A stretch of DNA of 64,000 nt from Octopus sinensis (lineage: Eukaryota). Numbering within the stretch: the stretch's first letter is position 1; each line of letters begins with the position of its first letter. The stretch covers positions 167,152,001 to 167,216,000 of the forward strand of contig NC_042997.1 of assembly GCF_006345805.1 (NCBI RefSeq). Reading direction: 5' to 3'. Shown here one piece after another: positions 12,377 through 25,989 of this stretch. A program made the translations under genes and the position numbers. Under the pieces are notes generated by a model. It was not told the DNA's origin and ran no database searches. It saw only the letters and a list, made by a program, of their open reading frames with translations.

Positions 12377-12643
12377 TATGTGTGTATGTGTATTTGTGTG
12401 TGCGTGTGTGCGTGCATGCGTGCGTGTTGTGTGTGTGTGTGTGTGTGTTTATAGTTTTAAAAAGTTAATTCTAGTTTGTCTCGGCTTCTTTCCGTTTCTA
12501 GAGTGCTTATGCACTGCAGAAGTTGAAATGGATTGCGCGGGGCACCGAAAATGAAAACGAGTCACATAATTTGCCGAGCAGACCGCGACTATCTAGAAAC
12601 TTAAAGACTATAAATCTATTTCTACTGTACACACACACACACT

Positions 12644-12691
<48 letters not shown>

Positions 12692-12712
12692 TAGACAGAC
12701 AGACAGACAGAC

Positions 12713-12793
<81 letters not shown>

Positions 12794-12794
<1 letters not shown>

Positions 12795-13970
12795 GTTTCT
12801 TTATTGGCCACCCAGGGCTGCACACAGATGGGACAAGTTACAAGGTAGAGCTTTTCTTTTGGGGAATGAAGAGAACAAAAAACAAAAGGAAAAAAAAGGT
12901 GGGTGGCGTAGGTTTTCGATCAAGAGGGATCGTAAAAGGGAAGAAAAGAACAAAAACAAAAAAAATTGAATAAAATAAAAAGAATAAAAAGAAAAAAAGA
13001 AAAGGAAAAGGAACAAAAGGAAAGAGAAATGAAAAAAGAAGAAAAAAGGGGAAAAAAAGGGGAAGAGGAAAAAAAAGAACGATCAATAGGGATCGTGTAT
13101 CACAGTGTTATGATATATGGTGTAAAGAGGGAAGCAGATAAGGTTTATCCGTGGGAAGAAAAGCCTACGAAAAAGACCACGGTAACCTTGGTCAATATTG
13201 TTATATGTTACCACATTTGTTTGCAAGTGGGTAACCCTCTGTTTTCAATTTCTGGGTTCATAGGATTATGCTCAAGGTGGCTTCGTCATTCATACGTGCC
13301 ATCCTTGCTACATTCACCCATCTTTTTTTAAAACATTCGCTAGACAAAACTTGCCTCTCTACTCTCACTTTCCTTTTCAAGTGGTACTTGAAGAAGTTGA
13401 TGAGAGATTGACCAGAGAGGAAAGTGTTTGTCTCCAATCCTTTCAGACGCGTCCACCAGATACATCTTTCGCCATAGCCACAAGGATGATGAAAATAGCT
13501 CTTCCTTCCCGTTTGAAGGAAGGAGGCGTGACAATATTGACGATAGACTCAGCTGATAAACCGACTCGTCCCACACGTGACAGCAGTTGTTCGACATAAG
13601 CCCACAGGTCGGAAATTGTTGGACACTGCACGAGTGTGTGCAGAACGGTTTCGTCGCTCTGACCGCATCTCGGGCAGGTCGGCCCCGTGTTTCTCGAGCC
13701 GTGTCTGTAGAGCTTATCCCGAACGGGTAGCGCTTCTCGGTAGCACTGCCAGGCCAGGGATCTCTGGAAGTTGTCCATGGGCCCTGGCCCGAAAGTCGTC
13801 CTGAACAGGCGGGTCAGGTACTCCTCGTCGACGTCCAGGTTCGCCCCGAGCTCGTCGTCGTACCTCCCCTCCACTAATCCCCTATAGAATGCTTTGGTTG
13901 TGTTGAAGTCACTCAAGGTCGACCCGGGACGGCAGAGTTGCTTGAGAGCAACGCGACACTCGCGGTGCCA
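12794..13970 (-). mobile_element. 5'-truncated L1/Tx1-clade LINE 3' end (ORF2 C-terminus with zf-RVT and 3' UTR) inserted in (GATA)n
   Basis: ORF 13443-13916 contains AWQCYREALPVRDKL...CPRCGQSDETVLHTLVQC...W (zf-RVT CCHC motif). After a frameshift it continues WWTRLKG...KRW. The 3' end is AATAAAgaaact followed by (TATC)n, with (GATA)n on both flanks. Confidence 0.85.
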
Positions 13971-14037
<67 letters not shown>

Positions 14038-14157
14038 TATTTATCATGGGAAATAGTGTGTTGAAACAGGTATTGTTCTATTTAAGGATGGTTAGTTTTT
14101 GCTAATAAACACTCACACTATTAATTTGACCTTCACTTAAGTTTTATTATTATTATT

Positions 14158-14360
14158 GGTGAGCTGGTACGCTGGACGTAATGCTTAGTGGTATTTTGCC
14201 TGTCGCTATGTTCTGAGTTCAAATTCCGCTGAGGTCAACTTTTCCGTTCATGCTTTCAGAGTCGATAAAAGAAGTACCAGTTGAACATTGGAGTCGATGT
14301 AATCTACTCATACCCCACCGCCCAAAATTGTTGCCCTTGTGACAAAGTTTGAAACCATTA
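14158..14360 (+). mobile_element. SINE family A
   Basis: gttctgagttcaaattccgctgaggtcaac...gtcgataaaa...tttgaaacca. Confidence 0.8.
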
Positions 14361-14608
14361 TTATTAGTAGTAGTTTATTTGTGAGAGTCCTTTTATCACA
14401 CATCCTGTGACTTCAACGACTTTCTGTCCCTCGTGTCTCCCATAATAAAGTTGCTTTTGCTAAAGTGATACGTACCTATTGTATCTATTTGTTCGTGTAT
14501 CTCTTTCTCTCACTCTACGTGCGACTGTGTGTGTGTATGTGTGTGTGTATGTGTGTGTGTGTGCGTGTGTGTGGGTGACTGAAACAACGATAAGAGATTT
14601 ATCACACA

Positions 14609-14640
<32 letters not shown>

Positions 14641-14652
14641 TACACACACATA

Positions 14653-15138
14653 GTGGAGGCACATGGCCTAGTGGTTAGAGCAGCGGGCTCGCGGTCGAGG
14701 GACCGCGGGTTCGAATCTCAGACCGGGCGATGTGTGTGTTTATGAGCGAAAAACCTAAGCTCCACGCAGCCCCGGCAGAAGGTAATGCCGAACTTCTGTT
14801 AACTCTTTCGCCACAGCTTTCTCTCGCTCTTTCCTCCATCTTGCAGTTCACCTGCGACGGACCGGCGTCCCGTCCAGGTCATAAGGGCCGGTTTCCCGGT
14901 TTCCTTGGCGTATAGGTTCCACACCTGGACGGGACGCCGGTCCATCGCAGGTGAGCTGCAAGATGCAGGAAGAAAGAGTGAGAGAAAGTTATGGCGAAAG
15001 AGTCAGCAGAAGTTCACCATTACCTTCTGCCGTAGCTGCGTGGAGCTTAGGTGTTTCGCTCATAAACACACACACCGCCCGGTCTGAAATTCGAACCCGC
15101 GATTCCGCTGCTCTAACCACTAGGCCATGTGCCTCCAC
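14653..15138. mobile_element. Tail-to-tail inverted pair of tRNA-derived SINEs (family C, V-domain-like)
   Basis: Plus copy 14653-14879 has A box TGGCCTAGTGG and B box GGTTCGAATC. Minus copy spans 14880-15138. Both carry cctgcga(c/t)ggaccggcgtcccgtccagg, which resembles the V-SINE core. Confidence 0.85.
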
Positions 15139-16004
15139 GCCAGTCTGAGTGCCCATTCTCTTTATTCTCCTCCTCTATCTCTCTCTCTCTCTCCTACCCT
15201 CTTTTTTTTTCTCTCTCTCTCTCTCTCCCTCTCTCTGCATCACAAACATTATTTTTTTCTCCCCTCAAATACCTCAATGGTCACTAAAACTGGCTACGTC
15301 TTTTGTTCCTTGAATGCACATGCATTTATGCATGTGTGTAAGCATGATCACGCGTCCATTGTGTGCGACTTCATATGTGTTTGCTTGTGAATGTGTGCGT
15401 GTTTGTCTGTATGTGTGTGTGCATGCGTGTTATGGGGTATCACTCACTAATTGAAATACAACCACATGACCAAATCTTGCAATAAGCTGTACTTGCACGA
15501 AACCCGAACCAAATGGTTAGAGCGATGACCAAAATCTGCCAACTTAAAGACACACGCACACACACACACACACACACACACCACACACACACACTTACAT
15601 CCACGCATATACGCACACTTGTACTTATTACATACACTTACAATATATACAAAGACTTCGCGTTTCAGTTGAAATCCATGTCAAAAATGTGGAAAAGATT
15701 GACTGAGATATCCTCATACAAACACACAAACAGACCATTTCCTGCTTCTAGTAGCGTTTAGGTTCCTTGTGATGTCTTTGTAGTTGGTTTTGTGTTATCG
15801 GAGTAAGTCAGAGTTTTTGGCTCAAGGCAATAGTACTTGACTTAGTTTCACTTAACTGCTCTTATTTCCAGCAAGACTTCCGGTCAGTATATATGTTCTT
15901 AATATTACCTGTAGCATATTGGGGAATGTCACCATGATATAGGCACGGAAATATGTGAGCGTTTGTATGTATGAATGTATGTGTGTATTTATGTTTATAA
16001 TTAA

Positions 16005-16050
<46 letters not shown>

Positions 16051-16399
16051 GAGGAGAGAGAGAGACACATACACATATATATACATACATACATATATAT
16101 ATATTTATATACATATACATACAATATTACATAATTTGCACATATAGTGTATATAGATATATATACATATAAATACATATAATATATATACATATAACAT
16201 ATATACATATATATATACATATATATGTGTGTACATGTATGTATATACCGTTCTGTATATGTATGCATGCGTGTGTTTATGTTTGTCTGCGATTGTATGT
16301 ATGCATATATGTCTGCGTGTGTATGCGTGTGTATGTGCGTGTGTGTGTGTATGCGTGTATATATATGTGTGTGTGTGTGTATGTGAGTGTGTGTTTTCA

Positions 16400-16930
16400 T
16401 TCCTTTCCTGTACATCGAATGAACCCTATCCCAATAAATCCTCTGGTATCTTCCTCCACGAAGTAACATGTTGCTTTCCATCTACAATTTTTTGCAGTAT
16501 TCAAATCAGCTTACTGTGTCTTGTCTTTCCTGTTAAAAGCATCGTTTGTGACCACCCAACTCTACTATTTTTACTGAGACTCTTTCTTTGCGTTACATGA
16601 CGAAATTAAGTTTGTTGATGGTAAAAAAATTCACCCTTAGATGGTAATTTTGTTCTTACAGTGACTGGCATGTAGTGTTCACCCTTCTTTCAAAACTTTA
16701 TTCTACACCTCCAATACCTGTGATCATTTGCCGTGGTTAATTACCTTTACCCTTTCTTCCAGCGCATCAACCAGTCTTCTATGCGATATGTCACGAGGCC
16801 GTCTGTAACTCTGCTTCATCATCCTCATCTTCACGTTTTTACGCCTCTCACTTATTCATTTAAATGACGCATAGAAAACCTAAGCTACCTTTTTAGCTCC
16901 ATACCTTCGAAGTTAATAGCAGCTGGGCAG
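16400..16930 (-). mobile_element. Heavily decayed RTE-like LINE fragment
   Basis: Minus-strand remnants such as WRKIPED resemble the IPEDW motif upstream of LINE RT. Many stops. Confidence 0.3.
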
Positions 16931-16970
16931 TGGAGGAACTTGTGCAAGTGACAACATTCTGACATACCTA

Positions 16971-17188
16971 TTTCTTTACTACCCACAAGGGGCTATATAA
17001 ACACAGAGAGGACAAACAAGTACAGACAAACGGATTAAGTCGATTATATCGACCCCAGTACGTAACTGGTACTTATTTAATCGACCCCGAAAGGATGAAA
17101 GGTAAAGTTGACCTCGGTCGAATTTGAACTCAGAACGTAGCGGCAGGCGTTTCGCCCGGTGTGCTAACGTTTCTGACATCTCGCCGCC
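16971..17188 (-). mobile_element. SINE family A variant with a different 3' tail
   Basis: Reverse complement has the ggcggcgag head and cctttcatcctttcggggtcgattaaataagtacc core. Tail is ...gccccttgtgggtagtaaagaaa. Confidence 0.8.
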
Positions 17189-17447
17189 CTAACATCTGGT
17201 ATATTTTATGGACTAGATCCACAAGTTAGATGATACTGCGATAGATGGAGAGCCTTTCAGCTTCTTTGGCAATCTCCCACATTCCCAAATAAACTCTCTC
17301 ATCCCTGGATGTATTCCGAAGCCCGAAAGTGTATATAATGTGCCATTTAGCTCTTTCACATTGTAAAAATGTTTGACTTAGTCAAGTATCTCTGGACCAT
17401 CATCAGATTAACAAGCGAACTAGCACGCACGCACACACACACACACA

Positions 17448-17479
<32 letters not shown>

Positions 17480-17823
17480 ACACTCACGCATTCACTGACA
17501 CACACACACAGCCATATACAGAAACAGACGCAAATGCACACAACCATAAGCACTTAAGTGTACATACATACATAGACAGCACATACGGATATGTGTGAGT
17601 GCGTATGCAAGCGTGTGTGCGAAAGAGTGTGGATGTATGTGTCTAAGTAGCTGGCTGTGTCTATATTAGAAATGTGTGTGAGTAGATATAATGTTTTGTT
17701 TTTTGTTTGTTCTTTGTTTTTGTCACTAGACATTCAATATTTTTGCAGAGAACAGTGTCTCGTTGATTACGTCATTTTTCTCAATATCTGTTCTTGGTGA
17801 CCACAACAGTACGGTAGACAGAC

Positions 17824-17906
<83 letters not shown>

Positions 17907-18593
17907 GAGATAGATAGATATAGGTTATCTTGTAATATCGCTTGCTACATGTGTGTATATATATATATATGCCTTAGTATTTTTTACTAGATACAAGGCT
18001 ACTTTAGTAGAGATTAAAAGGTGTAACTGAGAACAATCTCTCTCTCTCTCTCTCTCTCTCGATATGATATATATTTATTATATTATATTACGGCGATCGA
18101 GCCACGAAGGTGATTTTAGAAATGTGCTGCTCTGTCAAGCTGATTAATTAATAAAATAATCACAAACAAATTTGTTCAGTTAAGCAAAAAAAAAAACCCA
18201 CACGACACGACGAAATAAAAATTACATATTTGTTGTGTATGCGACGCCGATCATTTCACTGCTGCAGTGGATTTGATGTCGCTAACGAAGAAACAATGAA
18301 AAGTGGCGTACGTGATATATTTGTGTTTTATGTGCGTGTGATTTTGGTCTGATAACCTGAATGTAATATAGGAACTTTATACATATATACATACATACAA
18401 ATATATATATATGTACATGGACAGATATACACAAGTACATATGATATATGCACACATACATACACACACATCTACATGTGCGTGTGTATGTTTGTGTGTG
18501 TATGTTTGTGTGTGTGTGTGCGTGTGTATGTTTGTGTATGTGCGTGTGTGTGTGGTGTGTGTGTGTGTGTGTGTGTGTATGAATGTGTGTATT

Positions 18594-18846
18594 AGACGCA
18601 GGCTTGGTTCTGTAGTAAGAAGTTTGTTTCCCAACCTCGTGGCTCCGGGTTCAGTCCCACTGCGCCTGAGTGAACTTTGGTAGTGCGAAACTGAAAGAAG
18701 TCCGTCGTACACACACTCAAACACACACACATACACACACACACACACTTACACGCACGCACATACACACAAACACGGACACAACACACATATACATGTG
18801 TGTGTTTGTATCTCTTTGCCCCCCATGACCGCTTGACAACCAAAGT
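18594..18846 (+). mobile_element. SINE family B, internally deleted
   Basis: ccgggttcagtcccactgcg ... gaaactgaaagaagtccgtcg ... accgcttgacaacc. Confidence 0.7.
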
Positions 18847-19458
18847 TGCGGTTTAACGATGTTAAAGTCCACAATGACGGCTTGTATCCGAGATTAATGA
18901 TAAATTTATATAAGTTCACAACCGACTTTCCTTTCCATTCCAATTCACTTATGTTACTATTTCCATAAATATTATATTTGGTATAGTCATCATTTTTACG
19001 AACATTGTTGTTGCTTGTTTCATAGTCTAGGTACGATAAATAAGCTAAGTTTTATGAGAAGATGCTAGGTATTACATCCAAATTCACATATCTGTAAAAC
19101 CGAATGTTAAAATCTAATCTGTGCCATCTTAAATGCAAATTAATAGTACACCAGAGTTGTTATTCAAGTGTCTTCTATTTTCCAATGTTCATATTCATGA
19201 AATATAAGTTAGCTGCTTTAATTTTGCGTAAAAGTGTTTATTTTTCTTAAAGGAATACATGTTTACACTGTACACTCTTTAAAGCTGATTTTTGAGTATA
19301 TTATTACTATATAATATCCTGACTGATAAAGCTGAATAGTAAAGTTTTTAAAATATTTCTTTACACTATAATATGTATTCAAGTTCAATCAATCATACAA
19401 CATTTATAAAACGATGCCGCTTCAGGCAAGAAATATCTTTATTACATTTTAATTCACT

Positions 19459-19881
19459 GGCGTCGAGCTTGCAGAATCGTTAGTTGTATTTCGTCCGTCT
19501 TTGCGTTCTGAGTTCAAATTCTGCTGAGGTAAACAATGCTTTTCATCCCTTCGGGTTCGATAAGATAAGTACCAGTTGATCACTGAGGCCGATGTAATCG
19601 ACTTGTCCCCGCCCTGAAATTGTTGGTTTTATACCTATAGTTGAGAGGATTATCTTTTAAACCATTGGCGGAGAGCTGGCAGGATAGTTAGCACATCAAG
19701 CAAAATGCTTAGCGGCATTTCGTCCGTCTTTATCTTTCTAAGTTCAAATTCCGCCGCGGTCGACTTTGCCTTTCATCCTTTCGGCGTCGATAAAATAAAC
19801 ACCGGTTGGTCACTGGAGTCGATGTTATCGACTTACCAACGCCCCGGAAATTGCTGGCTCTGCGCCAAAATTTGAAATCAT
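19459..19881 (+). mobile_element. Two tandem SINE family A copies (19459-19650, 19667-19881)
   Basis: Same head, core and tail as 10721-10932. Confidence 0.85.
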
Positions 19882-20216
19882 TGTAATTTTATTCATTCCA
19901 GCGAAGTTGACGTTGCTTCTCACCATTTTTGAAGTGGATAAAATAACGTACAAATCATCTGCTAAGATTAATGTAACGTATTAACCACACATTCTAAAAT
20001 GACATGGCCTGTACCCACCCCCAAGATAGAATTAAATGTCGTGAGCTAGAGCCAATTTTCATTGTAGCTATTTTACACGCACATTTACACACATACACAC
20101 ATATACATACACATACATAATACATACATACATACATACATACATACATACATACATACATACATACATACATACATACATACATACATACATACATGCA
20201 TATATTATCTTATTTT

Positions 20217-20682
20217 ATCTATAAGACTGCCATATTAATATGGCGATAACAATTAATTTCCAGTAACGCTGCCGTAATCTCTTTTAGAGAGACTTAGTAA
20301 TTTTAATATTTCTATTATTGAAAACAAGTGGATGTATTCCACCGAAACTAGGTAAATAAAACCTTCGAACAGAGACGATCAGTGGCGACACCTGCTGGGT
20401 CTGACTATGCTACACTGACAAAGGGCAAATACCCTGAAACGCGTCTGTAGCTGTCTGACTGGCAGTGTGAAGCGGCTGACCTCCCTTGTTCGAAGGTTAT
20501 AATGGACACAGTTTGTGTGTCAAATAGCTAGCTTAAGGCGATGGCCTCATGGAGCTAATCAGCGATAGCTTTAGTCTTATATCTATAAGACTGCCATATT
20601 AATATGGCGATAGCAATTAATTTCCAGTAACGCTGCCGTAATCTCTTTTAGAGAGACTTAGTAATTTTAATATTTCTATTAT
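20217..20682 (+). mobile_element. Retrozyme-like / PLE-derived partial tandem unit (364-nt period)
   Basis: 102-bp direct repeats at 20217-20318 and 20581-20682 (one mismatch) enclose a hammerhead motif. Flanked by (CATA)n and (TA)n. Confidence 0.65.
20409..20451 (+). ncRNA. Minimal type I hammerhead motif
   Basis: gctaca-CTGACAA-aggg-caaata-ccct-GAAACGCGTC-tgtagc: 6-bp stem I, 4-bp stem II, palindromic ACGCGT stem III, GUC triplet. Position 8 is A instead of G. Confidence 0.75.
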
Positions 20683-20686
20683 ATAG

Positions 20687-20788
<102 letters not shown>

Positions 20789-21498
20789 GGTAATAACGGA
20801 TTTTTTAGAAATTTCTATCGGTTGTTTCGGGAACGCATATATTATAATGATTATTGACAATTTTGTCTTTTTTTTCGGCACATTTGGCAATAGAATTTTT
20901 CTTTTGGCCTTATTTTGTAAATTATTTATAAATTTGACCTTTAAAGGTATTTTTTTGATATGCTGGCCAGTTCCCGAAAAAAAATTTTATCCTACATTAG
21001 TTATATATATATATATACAATTTAAAAATAGGATAAAATCTTTATAAGAATGTATCAAGTAGTTAGCGTGAAAAACCTCATAAGAGAAAAAATCCATCAA
21101 TTTTTTCACTTAAATATATTTATTTATATTATATAGAGGGCATTACTCTATTTATATTATATAGAGGGGATTTTAAAGTCAAAACTACCAAAATAAATAA
21201 ACACATCGTACCGAATGCAACTCTCGAAGCAAGTCACTTAAAAACAAATTTAGCTGCAGATCACCGTGATTTCATAATAAGTGCAGTAATGTACTTTTTA
21301 ATCATTAGTGCAAGCATAATTCAAGATTTCAAACGAATGAACAAAATCAACATACCAGACGAAAAACCAATGTATCCAACGTAGCATATAGAAATGTTCA
21401 CCCTTTATACATCATGTAAATGGCGGGCTTTTTCGAATTGCATTTCGGTAACAACGTGCTTATTCGGAATAAAAGTTCAGTACTGAATATACCTCATA

Positions 21499-23665
21499 TC
21501 CTTCTCCTGTCTCTCCCACCGCCTCTAACCTCATTTTCCGCAATCCTCACACCCCCACAATTTACTTCTTCCCTAAAATCCACAAACCTAACAACTCTGG
21601 CCGCCCAACGTCCCCGCCTGCAACTGCCCCACCGAACTCATCTCCAGATATCTTGACCGTGTCCTTGCCTCTCTTCTCACATCCATGATACCAACCATAC
21701 TCTTCGTTTGTTCAACTCTTTTTCTTTCCCTCCTAGTCCTTCTAAACTTCTCTTCACTCTTGACATCAAGAGCCTATACACGGTGATCCCACACCACGAG
21801 AGGCTGCGTGCACTCCAACATTTTCTTGACCTTCGACCCAAACCCCAACCTGACACATCCATACTCCTTCGTCTGGCGAACATGTCCTCTCACTTACTTT
21901 CTTCTCCTTCGCGGATGATTTTTACCTTCAGAACTCGGGAGTGGCCATGGGAATGAGAATGGGCCCCCAACTATGCGAACATGTTCGTTGGCTACGTTGA
22001 GGCCCAAATATTCTCAAGTTTCACTGGTGCCACTCCCGAGCTATACGATCGTTATATTGACGACTGTATCGGTGCGACCTCACTCCTCTGCAAACAACTA
22101 GACTCCTTCTTCTCTTTTGTCAAATCTTTCCATCCTGCCCTCCACTTCTCCTGCACTATTTCCGACACTTCAGTCGCCTTTCTCGACATTTCAGTCAGTT
22201 TTCATCACTCCACTCTCACCTCCTCCATCCACTACAAACATACAAACTAACACTCATACCTCAACTTCACCTCGCCACTTCATCCTACGTGGATATACCC
22301 TCACTGGTATCCACACCGTCCCTGCCAGAGCACATTCCGTGGACCGCGCATCTGCTCTCTCTCCCCGCACCTGCCCCGCCGTCACCTGTCTCCCGTTTCC
22401 TTTCACCTACCACCTCACCACCCTACCTCTCCAACGCACCATTCTCCGAGCCTTCCGGCGACTCCACTCTGACCCCTCCACTTCGTACAACTTCCCTAAC
22501 CAACCCCTCCTCTCCTTCAAATGATCCCTGAACCTACGAGACCACTTGGTCCACAGCTTCTTCCCTAACCCAACCTTCCAACCGACTCGTTCCCCTGCTC
22601 CCGCACACGCTGCCACACTTGCCTTTACCTCTCCAACACCACCCTCCTCACAGGCACCCATCATCAAACCTATCATATAACTGACTCCTTCACCTGCACT
22701 TCTAGCCACGTCATCTACTGCATCTCCTGCTCTCTCTGTCCTTCTCTATACATCGTTCAAACGGGACGCTGCTTTGCTGACCTGTTCGCGGGACACCTCT
22801 GAGACATCAGACTCAGCAATGACACCCTGGTCTCGCGCCATTTCCGCTCTACCTGTCATACTTTACAACACCTGTCTGTGTTCTGATTGTCCTTGCACAG
22901 AGGTCATCCGGACTCCCGTCTTCGCCGTGAACAGGGATTAGTCTTCTCTTCACTCCTTTGCGCCCCAAGGGCTCAACTCTCCATCTAACCCTCCTCCTCT
23001 CCCCCTCTTCCTCTCCCTCCTACTTCCTCTCACCCATCTCTCCTCTCTTGCTATAACTCCTACTTCACCTCTTCACTCCTACTCACCTTCTCCCTTCATA
23101 GTCACCCCTCCCTCGTTACTTACACATTCCAGCCCCACCATCCCTATACATCCCATACCACCCACCCATCCCTTACACCCCACCCTTGCTTCCCCCACTC
23201 TTGCCTCCCCCACATCCCAACTCCACCACACCACCACACCACACACCACATCACACCATCCAGCACACACTAGCACTGACCACTTCCCTGCACCCACACC
23301 ATCATCCACACACCTACACATGTACACACGCACACGTCAAGGTCACCAGCTCCCTTCCACACGCACATACACGCTCTCACATACAGCCGCACGCGCACAT
23401 TCGTTTTGGAATCATCACTACTTCATTATTTCCCCTTCTTCCTAGCTCTCCTAAGTGACCCCCTCTGTCTGGCATTCGCCATGATAGATCGCTAGGCATT
23501 AAACCTTTTTTTCTATTTTCTCTCCCTGTTTATTTCTGCGTTCCTTTCTGTTGAAGAGCGTAGGCTCGAAACGTAAAACACTCTCACTTCCCAAGAGTTA
23601 AACTAATACATCTGTTTGTTGTTTACACACCCCTCTTCGTCTTTTGTTCTTTTGTAAATTCTCGG
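21499..23665 (+). mobile_element. Decayed Penelope-like element (RT, GIY-YIG and pLTR)
   Basis: RT motifs LFTLDIKSLYTVIPH, GVAMG, YANMFVGYVE, RYIDD and VAFLDI. GIY-YIG region FTCTSSHVIYCISCSLCPSLYIVQTGR at ~22690-22770 and terminal GLN at ~22970. Several frameshifts. HHR near the 3' end. Confidence 0.9.
23544..23578 (+). ncRNA. Minimal hammerhead motif in the PLE pLTR
   Basis: cttt-CTGTTGA-a-gagc-gtag-gctc-GAAACGTA-aaa. Core position 6 is U rather than A. Confidence 0.6.
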
Positions 23666-24076
23666 TACATATATACATAAATATATATATACCTGTCACA
23701 TAAACACATCTACAAAAATGTTTAAAATCAACGATTCGAAATCTTGTGTGAGATTTTTCAGTACTGTAACAAGTACTTTCATACGATGACAAGGGGAACG
23801 TAAAATTTCTACGTATCACAATATCCAAGATGTCATATTTTATGAAACAGTACTCCCACTTTCTTCCCTTTCTCTGTCTCACACACTTTAATTCTGCAGT
23901 CGACACCCTTTCCCTGCTTCGCGACCTATACATACGTACATGCACGCGTACATAAATACATACATATATATAAACATGATATATACTTATATATACACGG
24001 GCATATTATATATATATTATATTTATATGTATATATACATATATATACATATACATATATATATATATATACACAT

Positions 24077-24172
<96 letters not shown>

Positions 24173-24287
24173 GTATGTACATGTTCTTACACATACTTTC
24201 TTCCCCTTTTCTCACACTTTATCTTTGTATTCGACAAATACCCTTTCTGTTTCTCTTGAACTTTTCTCGTACACATAAACACATACA

Positions 24288-24326
<39 letters not shown>

Positions 24327-25989
24327 GTACACACACAGAGACACACAAGTATATATGTATGTGAATATGTACATATATACGCTCTATCTCACATTTTGTA
24401 TTTTCGGAATTTATTTATCTTTACACATTTCGTCAAAATATATATCATAGTGATTCACACATCTCTGATAATTCCCATATTTCAAATAACTAATGAACAC
24501 ATTCACTCTATCTGTCCCTTGTTTTATTTCGACGAGAGGAAAGGAAAAGAGGGGAAAAAAGACGAAACAAGAACACAAAAGAAGCTTGTGCAGAATGTTG
24601 GTCAGTGGAACATTAAAAAAAGTGTAGAATAGACATTGATTTCTCTGTGTCCGCCATTAAAATACAGCATATTTACAGAAGAAATATTAATATTAACTTA
24701 CCTTCACCTAAACTACGCCCTTCATGTTAATAGTAATATAAATGAAACCAACTCCTATCTTGACGCCCCGCGGCTAATACACATTTCTCACGTACTTACT
24801 ACATGAGTAATATACTGCCTCAATGGCTAACGTGTCACTCAACTGGTTGATTACTTATTTCGGTGTTAAACGCGTTACTTAAGAAGTTGGTTGCTAATTT
24901 TCTTGTCAATTGTATGTAAACCTACGACACAACAATTAATCCTCTATGTGATCGTTCGACTAGTTAGAAATAGCAGCCAAACCACGCCCATCTACTATAA
25001 GAATACATATATATTTGGTAATGATATAGGGTGTACACGACGCCAAAGAAAGTGAAAAAGGGGTTCTGGTGGTAGAAACGTCATCGATCATGACACATTT
25101 TTGCAGTAACTTGTCTCATAATGCACAAACGCTTTTTATTGTCTGTTTTAGGATATCTGCTAACACTGACTTCAAGTATGTAATTGCAGCCAATAACACG
25201 GCTTCCTATTATTGAGCCTGGTCGTAGTTCACAAGCGCCTGATTCGGGTTCAGAAGTTACAGTCCGAGTTGTTATCTGTAATCGTAAAAATTAAAAGTAA
25301 TCCAAATTCAATGTTTACTTGAAACAATAAATTTCTATAGAGATTAGGATTTAAATTCCAATCTATGAAAAGTTTCCGTTCTACAATATTCTTAAAGGAA
25401 CGAAAAATTATCCAGCAACACAGGTTATTGTGAACGAGCCTGATAGGTGTAAAAGACTAACTGGCATCTCTTGTCAAGAGTACAGTTGACAGTCAAGTGA
25501 CAGTTAGATGGTGTTTGTTTGCACTCTGCTGTCATTTTATTGTTGATATTCTGTGCATCTATACGTAAGGATCAGTTGTGTTTTGCAGGGTTGCTTTATT
25601 TTTACTCTTAACTTTGAAATGGAGAAAGACATAGTGCTAGACATAAAAAAGTAAGCCATTTGGGGTTAGAAATAAAGCGGAAAAATGTGAAATTCTTTGA
25701 GCAGGCATGCGTCTTATGCGAAATCTATGATGAACCCAAGTTCATTTCATAAGTTGATTGTGAATCAAACTATAATCTCCAAAGAAGAGAATGTATATTG
25801 TATAACTTACGTATGTCTTATAAAATAAATGGCAGTCGAACACTTTGCTATTTGAACACTTTGTTAGCCAGGTTCCTACATTAAATGGTGCTGAGATGAT
25901 TGGCTGGATTTAATTATTTCCTCAATTATTATGTATGCATTTGCATATATGTATATTAGTTAGAGCTAAACTTAAACACGTTTTAAACA

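Noticed and set aside
14653-14725. tRNA gene candidates (also 51788-51860 and 54198-54270)
   Set aside because: A and B boxes are present but the acceptor and anticodon stems are broken, and each continues into a repeat body. They are SINE-type heads.
17749-17813. Possible 65-nt internal exon (T-rich tract, CAG acceptor, GTAGAC donor), frame-compatible with 3609-3759
   Set aside because: Weak donor, no recognisable peptide, and such matches are expected by chance in 64 kb.
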